Shown one piece after another: positions 54,318 to 64,000 of a stretch of 64,000 nt of DNA. Within the stretch, counting starts at the first letter, position 1; the number at the start of each line of letters is the position of its first letter. The notes beneath the pieces were generated by a model, which worked only from the letters and a program-made list of their open reading frames with translations, had not been told where the DNA came from and ran no database searches. Origin of the DNA: Rhynchopus sp. YZ270_cl-10 (taxonomy: Eukaryota); contig OZ037834.1 of the NCBI GenBank assembly GCA_964035575.1, positions 186,001 through 250,000 of the forward strand, read 5' to 3'. A program made the translations under genes and the position numbers.

Positions 54318-54942
54318 ATATATATTAAGTCAATTTTTCTATGTGATAAAGGTGACTAAGCACAGAGGGGGGGGGTTTTCTTTAGGTTCATTTGATAAAC
54401 GTTTCTTTTGCTCGCGGAGTCTCAGTGCCTGCTGTGCCGGCGTTTGCACTGTCAACTTCACTTTCTTTTCTTCTCTGCAAGAGTCGGACGAAACACAGCC
54501 AGGTGCGTACGCTCTTCTCCAATCCCAACCCTTCCCCCTGTGTGCCTTTCCGTTCGTTTCCTTTCCTTTCTTCTACGTATGGTGGTGCACATCCTTAGCG
54601 GTGTGTCTTCTTCACTAATCCAAACCAAAGGTTCAAATCTCATAAGAACAGTTCATTTGCCCCTCCCACACCACCCCTCCCTTTTCTTTCGCAAAAGCTT
54701 TTGGGATACAGAACCCATTTCCCGCATCTGCCATCTCCTTCTCACGGGGCCTCCGGTCCATTGGTGCACCCTGATTAGAGGCTACGACTGTTGTCCAATT
54801 ATTCACGTACTCCGCGCTGCACCAATGATCATGATCGAACTACATTGTGCCAAAGTGCACGTAACAAACCAAGTCATCCACACTCCATCCAGAACGCAGA
54901 TTTATTCAAAAAATAAAAAAAAGCAAAAAAAAAAAAGTAAGT

Positions 54943-56919
54943 ATGCCCAACGTACCCCGTGTTTCCGGCAAGCGGACCGCGTCATCCACACTGTTGGCAC
55001 CGCCGGCAAAGAGAGGAAAGACAGAGACCCTCCCTTCCCCTCCCCCCCCTGGAGGACACAACATGGACTGTGACATGGAGCCCACCGCACCACCGATACC
55101 TTTGTGTGAGAGCTGTTCGGCACCTGCACAGCTGCAGTGTGGACACTGTAAAGATCTGTTCTTCTGCGACAAGCCTGCCTGCTTCGAAGCTCTGCACCCA
55201 AGGGCACGCGACCGTGAGATGCATCTTGCTTCTGTGACTTCGTACGGAACATCGTCGAACTGTGCACTGCACCCAGAGTTCAAGCTGCACCTTGTCTGTG
55301 AAGACCCTGCGTGTGGAGACGCAATGATCTGTGTGAGCTGTGAGAAGCATGAACATGCGGGACACAACACAATCGAAATCTCTGAGTACGTTGCACGTCA
55401 GCGCTGCATCCTCCGCTCACACGCGGCAGACCTGACGAAGCAGCGGGCTGCTGCAGATGAGGAGTGCTGTGTGCTTGAGGCAGTCGAACCCCCAGAGGCC
55501 AGGTACAAAGACCTTCTCCTGCAGACACACGTCGGACACCTGTTGATGGGTGAGGATGTGTGGCGCAGGAACGTCATGTGTGAGGAGGCGTTGGCACGGA
55601 GCTTCCTCACACAGGCACTGAGTGCTGCAGGGCAGGTGTGTGCGCTGAAGACGTTTGTTGCGAAGACAGAACACATGATTGACGAGTGCGAGCAGGTGTG
55701 CCTGCTTGGGGACGACGAGACGCTGCGTGCGGCAACAGAGTCGCGGGCCGTTGTGCGGAGCATCAACAGCATGGCAGCGTGCAGAGACCGCCACCGCCTT
55801 GTGGGTGCTGCATACCCACGAGCAAGGTTTTACGTGACGCTGCCTGTGTCGGATGTGCACGACGCTCTTGGCCAGAGGTTGGAACTTGTGGTGCGTGTGA
55901 TTGTGGTGGGCGTGAATGGAGCGACACGCGCGATTGAGGTGAGTGTGGATGACACGGTGTGTGACTTGCGTCGGAAGGTGGCGTCTGCAGAAAGGTTGCC
56001 TGGCCACACCTTTGATATGTGTTTCAGGGGTGAGGTGGTGGGAGAAGGAGAGGACATGACACAGCTGAGTGCTGACATAATTGTGCTGAAGCAGACGAAG
56101 GAGCAGGTGGCCGTTGCAGCACTTGATGCATTGGGTGAGACAAACCTGACAGCAGCGAGGTTGGCAGAAGTGACGGATGCGGAGGTGGCTTGTTTGCTTC
56201 TTCAGGCGGGTGTTGCGACTGCGATTCCAAACTACTTCTTCTTTAGAGCAGCTTTCGTGAGTCTTGATCTCAGTGCTGTGTCTGGCATTGATTCGATTGG
56301 GAACGGATTTCTGAAGGATTGCACCAGCTTGGAAGTACTTGACATCTCTGGTTTGACCAGTGTCACTTCCATTGGCGAGCACTTCCTTCGGGGCTGCACA
56401 GCTTTGAAAGAACTTGATCTCACTCCCTTGAGCAAGGTCACAGTGATTCCGAAGACGTTCCTGTACGAGTGCTCTTCTCTGACACATCTCGATCTTTCCC
56501 CCTTTAGTGGTGTCACTTCAGTTGGCAGCCACTTTCTTTACCGCTGCACATCTTTGATGGAAATCGATCTGTCTCCCTTGAGCAGTATCACAGTGATTGA
56601 GCGGTCGTTCCTGAACCAGTGCACTTCGCTGAAACAACTTGATCTCTCTCCCTTTGTGAGAGTCACTGCGATTGATTCCTTCTTCCTTCATAGGTGCATG
56701 GCTTTGGAAGAACTTAGTCTCGCTGGCTTGCTCAGTGTGACTGTGATTAAGGATAAGTTCCTGTACGGCTGTTCTTCGCTGACAGAACTTGATCTATCTC
56801 CCTTGAGCAACGTCTTGGATGTAGGGACGCATTTCCTTGCTGAGACTTCTTCAGCATTCTACGGAAAGAAGAAATGCAGCAAAGTCGTGTTACAGAAATT
56901 AGAGATGAAGTGGGAGTAA
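54943..56919 (+). CDS. Tandem B-box + helical region + ubiquitin-like domain + 24-aa LRR protein, copy 1, 658 aa
   Basis: B-boxes CESC..CGHC..C..C..H and CALH..C..C..C..HEHAGH. Ubl-like IEVSVDDTVCDLRRKVA..F..CFRG. About 9 LRRs of form LxxLDLSPLSxVTxIxxxFLxxC. Basic NLS-like N-terminus. Confidence 0.88.
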   Translation: MPNVPRVSGKRTASSTLLAPPAKRGKTETLPSPPPPGGHNMDCDMEPTAPPIPLCESCSAPAQLQCGHCKDLFFCDKPACFEALHPRARDREMHLASVTSYGTSSNCALHPEFKLHLVCEDPACGDAMICVSCEKHEHAGHNTIEISEYVARQRCILRSHAADLTKQRAAADEECCVLEAVEPPEARYKDLLLQTHVGHLLMGEDVWRRNVMCEEALARSFLTQALSAAGQVCALKTFVAKTEHMIDECEQVCLLGDDETLRAATESRAVVRSINSMAACRDRHRLVGAAYPRARFYVTLPVSDVHDALGQRLELVVRVIVVGVNGATRAIEVSVDDTVCDLRRKVASAERLPGHTFDMCFRGEVVGEGEDMTQLSADIIVLKQTKEQVAVAALDALGETNLTAARLAEVTDAEVACLLLQAGVATAIPNYFFFRAAFVSLDLSAVSGIDSIGNGFLKDCTSLEVLDISGLTSVTSIGEHFLRGCTALKELDLTPLSKVTVIPKTFLYECSSLTHLDLSPFSGVTSVGSHFLYRCTSLMEIDLSPLSSITVIERSFLNQCTSLKQLDLSPFVRVTAIDSFFLHRCMALEELSLAGLLSVTVIKDKFLYGCSSLTELDLSPLSNVLDVGTHFLAETSSAFYGKKKCSKVVLQKLEMKWE

Positions 56920-56920
56920 T

Positions 56921-57352
56921 CATGGATGTTCAAAGTACTTGAAGTACTTTTTTCTGATTTTTTATGGCACTTGAAGTACTTAACCCCCCCCTTTTTTTTC
57001 CTCTCAAAATTACAGTCAAGTACGTGAAGATTGATCAAGTACTTGACAAAAATCAAGTACTTGACCCCCTCTTTTTTTTTCTCGTACTTTTTTACTTTCT
57101 TTACCCTCTGACAGGGTCTGTCAAGTACTTGTTTTCGAAAAAAAAACGTCAAGTACTTGATCAAGTACCCACTTTTTTTTGTACTTGATCAAGTACTTGA
57201 CGTTTTTTTTGAGAAAAAAGTACTTGACAGAGAGAAAACAAGTAAAAAAGTACGAGAAAAAAAAATAGGGTGTCAAGTACTTCAAGTATCAAGTATTGGG
57301 TTTTTTGGGGGATCAAGTACTTGATATACTTCAAGTACTTTGGACATCCATG
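56921..57352. mobile_element. MITE with TCAAGTACTTGA subterminal repeats, inserted at a stop codon
   Basis: TIR CATGGATGT(T/C)CAAAGTACTTGAAGTA. (G)AGTAA is duplicated. The empty site TGGGAGTAAGGAAT follows copies 2 and 3. Confidence 0.88.
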
Positions 57353-58098
57353 GAGTAAGGAATGGCTCCATGCCATACAAAACCGGTCGAAAAAAAGAGA
57401 ACTTTAAACTTGGCAGACTTTTCTGGGGTGTTTCTTTGCACACAACCACCTTAGGCAATACCCCGAGGGCGAATTCGTATTTGCCCTCTTTTCGGATCCT
57501 ATTCGGGTGTATTCATCCGAATATAGGGCGAATACTTCACTTCTTTCCACCTGTCTGTGGACGAAACACAGCCAGGTGCGTACGCTCTTCTCCAATCCCA
57601 ACCCTTCCCCCTGTGTGCCTTTCCGTTCGTTTCCTTTCCTTTCTTCTACGTATGGTGGTGCACATCCTTAGCGGTGTGTCTTCTTCACTAATCCAAATCA
57701 AAGGTTCAAATCTCATAAGAACAGTTCATTTGCCCCTCCCACACCACCCCTCCCTTTTCTTTCGCAAAAGATTTTGGGACACAGAACCCATTTCCCGCAT
57801 CTGCCATCTCCTTCTCACGGGGCCTCCGGTCCCTTGGTACACCCGTAGTTATAGGGTTACGACCGTTTTCCAATGTTTTCACGTACCCCACGCTGCACCA
57901 ATGCACATGCTCGAACACTACATCATGCGAAAATTGTGGACTTCGCCTGGGGAGATGTGATCATCCCTGACAATGTCTTTGTGGAATCTAAGTTGCCCAC
58001 TCATATTATATTACACTGTGCACGTAACAAACCAATTGATACACACACCATCCAGAATGCAGATTTATCCAAAATAAAACAAAAGATAATAAACAAGT

Positions 58099-60075
58099 AT
58101 GTCTGACGCACCCCGTGTTTCCGGCAAGCGGACCGCGTCATCCACACTGTTGGCACCGCCGGCAAAGAGAGGAAAGACAGAGACCCTCCCTTCCCTTCCC
58201 TCCCCTGGAGGACACAACATGGACTGTGACATGGAGCCCACCGCACCACCGATACCTTTGTGTGAGAGCTGTTCGGCACCTGCACAGCTGCAGTGTGGAC
58301 ACTGTATTGAACTGTTCTTCTGCGACAAGCCTGCCTGCTTCGAAGCTCTGCACCCAAGGGCACGTCACCGCGAGATGCATCTTGCTTCTGTGACTTCGTA
58401 CGGGGCATCGTCGAACTGTGCACTGCACCTAGAGTCCAAGCTGCACCTTGTCTGTGAAGACCCTGCGTGTGGAGACGCAATGATCTGTGTGAGCTGTGAG
58501 AAGCATGAACATGCGGGACACAACACAATCGAAATCTCTGAGTACGTTGCACGTCAGCGCTGCATCCTCCGCTCACACGCGGCAGACCTGACGAAGCAGC
58601 GGGCTGCTGCAGATGAGGAGTGCTGTGTGCTTGAGGCAGTCGAACCCCCAGAGGCCAGGTACAAAGACCTTCTCCTGCAGACACACGTCGGACACCTGTT
58701 GATGGGTGAGGATGTGTGGCGCAGGAACGTCATGTGTGAGGAGGCGTTGGCACGGAGCTTCCTCACACAGGCACTGAGTGCTGCAGGGCAGGTGTGTGCG
58801 CTGAAGACGTTTGTTGCGAAGACAGAACACATGATTGACGAGTGCGAGCAGGTGTGCCTGCTTGGGGACGACGAGACGCTGCGTGCGGCAACAGAGTCGC
58901 GGGCCGTTGTGCGGAGCATCAACAGCATGGCAGCGTGCAGAGACCGCCACCGCCTTGTGGGTGCTGCATACCCACGTGCAGAGTTTTCCCTGACGCTGCC
59001 TGTGTCGGACGTGCACGACGCTCTTGGCCAGAGGTTGGAACTTGTGGTGCCTGTGCTTGTGGAGGGTGTGGATGGAGTGGAACACTTGATTGAGGTGAGT
59101 GTGGATGACACGGTGTGTGACTTGCGTCGGAAGGTGGCGTCTGCAAAAACGTTGCCTGGCCACACCTTTGATATGTGTTTCAGGGGTGAGGTGGTGGGAG
59201 AAGGAGAGGACATGACACAGCTGAGTGCTGACAGGATTGTGCTGAAGCAGACGAAGGAGCAGGTGGCCGTTGCAGCACTTGATGCATTGGGTGAGACAAA
59301 CCTGACAGCAGCGAGGTTGGCAGAAGTGAAGGATGCGGAGGTGGCTTGTTTGCTTCTTCAGACGGGTGTTGCGACTGCGATTCCAAGTCTGTTCTGCTCA
59401 GAAGCAGCTTTCGTGAGTCTTGATCTCAGTGCTGTGTCTGGCATTGCTTCCATTGGGGAGAAATTTCTGAAGGATTGCACCAGCTTGGAAGTACTTGACA
59501 TCTCTGGTTTGACCAGTGTCACTTCCATTGGCGAGCAATTCCTTCGTGGCTGCAAAGCTTTGAAAGAACTTGATCTCACTCCCTTGAGCAAGGTCACAGT
59601 GATTCCGAGGGGGTTACTGTACGAGTGCTCTTCTCTGACACAACTCGATCTTTCTCCCTTTAGTGGTGTCACTTCAGTTGGCAGCCACTTTCTTCTCCGG
59701 TGCGCATCTTTGATGGAAATCGATCTGTCTCCCTTGAGCAGTATCACAGCGATTGAGGAGGCGTTCCTTGCCGAGTGCACTTCGCTGAAACAACTTGATC
59801 TCTCCCCCTTTGTGAGAGTCACTGCGATTGATTCCTTCTTCCTTAGTGGATGCAAGGCTTTGGAAGATCTTAGTCTCGCTGGCTTGCTCAGTGTGACGGT
59901 GATTAAGGATTATTTCCTGCAGGACTGTTCTTCGCTGACAGAACTTGATCTATCTCCCTTGAGCAACGTCTTGGAGGTAGGGAAGCATTTCCTTGTTGAG
60001 AGTTCTCCAGCATTCTACGGAAAGAAGAAATGCAGCAAAGTCGTGTTACAGAAATTAGAGATGAAGTGGGAGTAA
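58099..60075 (+). CDS. B-box/Ubl/LRR protein, copy 2, 658 aa
   Basis: Colinear paralog of copy 1. Confidence 0.88.
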   Translation: MSDAPRVSGKRTASSTLLAPPAKRGKTETLPSLPSPGGHNMDCDMEPTAPPIPLCESCSAPAQLQCGHCIELFFCDKPACFEALHPRARHREMHLASVTSYGASSNCALHLESKLHLVCEDPACGDAMICVSCEKHEHAGHNTIEISEYVARQRCILRSHAADLTKQRAAADEECCVLEAVEPPEARYKDLLLQTHVGHLLMGEDVWRRNVMCEEALARSFLTQALSAAGQVCALKTFVAKTEHMIDECEQVCLLGDDETLRAATESRAVVRSINSMAACRDRHRLVGAAYPRAEFSLTLPVSDVHDALGQRLELVVPVLVEGVDGVEHLIEVSVDDTVCDLRRKVASAKTLPGHTFDMCFRGEVVGEGEDMTQLSADRIVLKQTKEQVAVAALDALGETNLTAARLAEVKDAEVACLLLQTGVATAIPSLFCSEAAFVSLDLSAVSGIASIGEKFLKDCTSLEVLDISGLTSVTSIGEQFLRGCKALKELDLTPLSKVTVIPRGLLYECSSLTQLDLSPFSGVTSVGSHFLLRCASLMEIDLSPLSSITAIEEAFLAECTSLKQLDLSPFVRVTAIDSFFLSGCKALEDLSLAGLLSVTVIKDYFLQDCSSLTELDLSPLSNVLEVGKHFLVESSPAFYGKKKCSKVVLQKLEMKWE

Positions 60076-60741
60076 GGAATAGCTCCATGCCATACAAAAC
60101 CGAATGTCAAAAACGAAAAAAAAAAGAGAATTTTAACTTGGCAGACTTTTCTGGGGTGTTTCTTTGCACACAACCACCTTAGGCAATACCCCGAGGGCGA
60201 ATTCGTATTCGTCCTCTTTTCGGATCCTATTCGGGTGTATTCATCCGAATATAGGGCGAATACTTCACTTCTTTCCACCTGTCTGTGGACGAAACACAGC
60301 CAGGTGCGTACGCTCTTCTCCAATCCCAACCCTTCCCCCTGTGTGCCTTTCCGTTCGTTTCCTTTCCTTTCTTCTACGTATGGTGGTGCACATCCTTAGC
60401 GGTGTGTCTTCTTCACTAATCCAAACCAAAGGTTCAAATCTCATAAGAACAGTTCATTTGCCCCTCCCACCACCCCTCCCTTTTCTTTCGCAAAAGCTTT
60501 TGGGACACAGAACCCGTTTCCCGCATCTGCCATCTCCTTCTCACGGGGCCTCCGGTCCATTGGTGCACCCTGATTAGAGGCTACGACTGTTGTCCAATTT
60601 TTCACGTACTCCGCGCTGCACCAATACTCATGTTCGAACCACATTGTGCCAAAGTGCACGTAACAAACCAAGTCATCCACACTCCATCCAGAACGCAGAT
60701 TTATTCAAAAAATAAAAAAAAGCAAAAAAAAAAAAGTAAGT

Positions 60742-63340
60742 ATGCCCAACGTACCCCGTGTTTCCGGCAAGCGGACCGCGTCATCCACACTGTTGCCACC
60801 GCCGGCAAAGAGAGGAAAGACAGAGACCCTCCCTTCCCCTCCCTCCCCTGGAGGACACAACATGGACTGTGACATGGAGCCCACCGCACCACCGATACCT
60901 TTGTGTGAGAGCTGTTCGGCACCTGCACAGCTGCAGTGTGGAGTCTGTATTGAACTGTTCTTCTGCGACAACCCTGCCTGCTTCGAAGCTCTGCACCCAA
61001 GGGCACGCGACCGTGAGATGCATCTTGCTTCTGTGACTTCGTACGGGGCATCGTCGAACTGTGCACTGCACCCAGAGTTCAAGCTGCACCTTGTCTGTGA
61101 AGACCCTGCGTGTGGAGACGCAATGATCTGTGTGAGCTGTGAGAAGCATGAACATGCGGGACACAACACAATCGAAATCTCTGAGTACGTTGCACGTCAG
61201 CGCTGCATCCTACGCTCACACGCGGCAGACCTGACGAAGCAGCGAGCTGCTGCAGATGGGGAGTGCTGTGTGCTTGAGGCAGTCGAACCCCCAGAGGCCA
61301 GGTACAAAGACCTTCTCCTGCAGACACACGTCGGACACCTGTTGATGGGTGAGGATGTGTGGCGCAGGAACGTCATGTGTGAGGAGGCGTTGGCACGGAG
61401 CTTCCTCACACAGGCACTGAGTGCTGCAGGGCAGGTGTGTGCGCTGAAGACGTTTGTTGTGAAGGCAGAACACATGATTGACGAGTGCGAGCAGGTGTGC
61501 CTGCTTGGGGACGACGAGACGCTGCGTGCGGCAACAGAGTCGCAGGCCGTTGTGCGGAGCATCAACAGCATGGCAGCGTGCAGAGACCGCCACCGCCTTG
61601 TGGGTGCTGCATACCCACACGCAGAGTTTTCCCTGACGTTGCCTGTGTCGGATGTGCACGACGCTCTTGGCCAGAGGTTGGAACTTGTGGTGCCTGTGCT
61701 TGTGGAGGGTGTGGATAGAGTGGAACACTTGATTGAGGTGAGTGTGGATGACACGGTGTGTGACTTGCGTCGGAAGGTGGCGTCTGCAAAAAAGTTGCCT
61801 GGCCACACCTTTGATATGTGTTTCAGGGGTGAGGTGATGGGAGAAGGAGAGGACATGACACAGCTGAGTGCTGACAGGATTGTGCTGAAGCAGACGAAGG
61901 AGCAGGTGGCCGTTGCAGCACTTCATGCATTGGGTGAGACAAACCTGACAGCAGCGAGGTTGGCAGAACCCGACGGCGGACCGCCCCCCATAGCACATTT
62001 TTGCGGTGCACGGGCGTACGGGATTAGTATCTTTTTTTCGAGAGAACCCAAGAGCGGCCAGGTCCTGGACAAGTACGTTGTGCTTTTAGACCTACAAACT
62101 GTCTGGGGTGGTGGGACCTCGGGGCGAAGGGTGCTTCCCGGGACCCCAATATCCTACCACAAGGAGCTCGAGTCGTGCATGGAATGCAGGGTACTCTGAG
62201 CCGATTACTTCCACAACTCCCAGATCCCAAGACCTCCACGGGGGGCAGGCCTCCACGGAAACCCGCGACCGCCGACACCTTAGCTCCGTACTGCCTCTGT
62301 CTGTAACCTGCCGGTCCCCCACCTACCTACGCTTTTTGTGGTGTCTTTTTACGACGGTGGACCAAGGGGCTTTGCAGTGCAGTCAACGCCGACGGAGCGA
62401 GACTCGATTGTGACCGGGTGAAAAGGGAACCTTAGCCAGCGCTAACCAGCGGCAGTTTTGACTCAGGGAGGAGTTTCTCACCGCAGACTGGCGACACACC
62501 CCCACTTTTTCGGGGTGGCTGCATTCCTCTTCGGAACGGGGTGTTCCATCCTATTTTTAAAAACGTTTATCAGCAGCGAGGTTGGCAGAAGTGAAGGATG
62601 CGGAGGTGGCTTGTTTGCTTCTTCAGGCAGGTGTTGCGACTGCGATTCCAAACTTGTTCTGCTCAGAAGCAGCTTTCGTGAGTCTTGATCTCAGTGCTGT
62701 GTCTGGCATTGCTTCGATTGGGAACGCATTTCTGAAGGATTGCACCAGCTTGGAAGTACTTGACATCTCTGGTTTGACCAGTGTCACTTCCATTGGGAAT
62801 CAATTCCTTCGTGGCTGCAAAGCTTTGAAAGAACTTGATCTCACTCCCTTGAGCAAGGTCACAGTGATTCCGAATGTGTTCCTGCACGAGTGCACTTCTC
62901 TGACACAACTCGATCTTTCCCCCTTTAGTGGTGTCACTTCAGTTGGCAGCCACTTTCTCACTTGCTGCACATCTTTGATGGAAATCGATCTGTCTCCCTT
63001 GAGCGGTATCACAGCGATTGAGCGGTCGTTCCTAGGCGTGTGCACTTCGCTGAAACAACTTGATCTCTCCCCCTTTGTGAGAGTCACTGCGATTGATCAC
63101 TTCTTCCTTAGTGGATGCAAGGCTTTGGAAGACCTTAGTCTCACTGGCTTGCTCAATGTGACTGTCATCAAGGATTATTTCCTGCAGGACTGTTCTTCGC
63201 TGACAGAACTTGATCTATCTCCCTTGAGCAACGTCTTGGAGGTGGGGGTGCATTTCCTTGTTAAGACTTCTTCAGCATTCTACGGAAAGAAGAAATGCAG
63301 CAAAGTCGTGTTACAGAAATTAGAGATGAAGTGGGAGTAA
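60742..63340 (+). pseudogene. B-box/Ubl/LRR protein, copy 3, interrupted by a 602-bp insertion (possibly spliced out)
   Basis: Removing the insert and one TSD copy restores a 1977-nt, 658-aa ORF with no other lesion. Confidence 0.8.
61969..62570 (+). mobile_element. Short non-autonomous non-LTR retroposon (RIME/SIDER-like) with a 20-bp TSD
   Basis: CAGCAGCGAGGTTGGCAGAA at 61949-61968 and 62571-62590. No TIRs or credible ORF. The 5' end resembles the ingi/L1Tc signature. A/T-rich 3' end. Confidence 0.75.
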
Positions 63341-64000
63341 GGAATAGCTCCATGCCATACAAAACCGAATGTCAAAAACGAAAAAAAGAGAACTTTAAAC
63401 TTGGCAGACTTTTCTGGGGTGTTTCTTTGCACACAACCACCTTAGGCAATACCCCGAGGGCGAATTCGTATTTGCCCTCTTTTCGGATCCTATTCGGGTG
63501 TATTCATCCGAATATAGGGCGAATACTTCACTTCTTTCCACCTGTCTGTGGACGAAACACAGCCAGGTGCGTACGCTCTTCTCCAATCCCAACCCTTCCC
63601 CCTGTGTGCCTTTCCGTTCGTTTCCTTTCCTTTCTTCTACGTATGGTGGTGCACATCCTTAGCGGTGTGTCTTCTTCACTAATCCAAACCAAAGGTTCAA
63701 ATCTCATAAGAACAGTTCATTTGCCCCTCCCACACCACCCCTCCCTTTTCTTTCGCAAAAGATTTTGGGACACAGAACCCATTTCCCGCATCTGCCATCT
63801 CCTTCTCACGGGGCCTCCGGTCCATTGGTGCACCCTGATTAGAGGCTACGACTGTTGTCCAATTTTTCACGTACTCCGCGCTGCACCAATGCACATGCTC
63901 GAACACTACATCATGCGAAAATTGTGGACTTCGCCTGGGGAGATGTGATCATCCCTGACAATGTCTTTGTGGAATCTAAGTTGCCCACTCATATTATATT

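Noticed and set aside
54943..63340. Diversity-generating retroelement acting on the LRR or surface genes
   Set aside because: No template repeat, substitutions are not adenine-specific, and the nearby RT is DIRS-type within its own element.

Overview
Eukaryotic, repeat-rich genomic DNA, most likely from a euglenozoan such as a diplonemid. This is inferred from all host genes lying head-to-tail on the + strand, canonical GT-AG introns and kinetoplastid-type retroelements. Host genes: a Cys/Pro-rich type I membrane protein; a CCCH-like protein; three tandem type I membrane proteins with 4-5 beta-sandwich (LamG/ConA-like) repeats carrying hypervariable loops; a 3-exon membrane histidine acid phosphatase; three tandem B-box/ubiquitin-like/LRR genes; and a METTL6-like fragment. 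Mobile DNA: an intact DD37E Tc1-like transposon, many MITEs, and three Crypton-like elements with an inverted-repeat plus GCGAAGC-palindrome layout. A 602-bp ingi-like short retroposon interrupts one LRR gene. The standout is an intact 5.1-kb tyrosine-recombinase retrotransposon (gag-YR-RT/RNase H, split direct repeats A1...B1-A2-B2) inside an intronic (CTCTTCC)n satellite. Its predicted circle junction folds into a long hairpin. A second, sequence-divergent 316-bp insert with the same hairpin layout sits in the same satellite, suggesting a satellite-targeting retroelement family. All protein family calls come from motif recognition by eye; no database searches were run.
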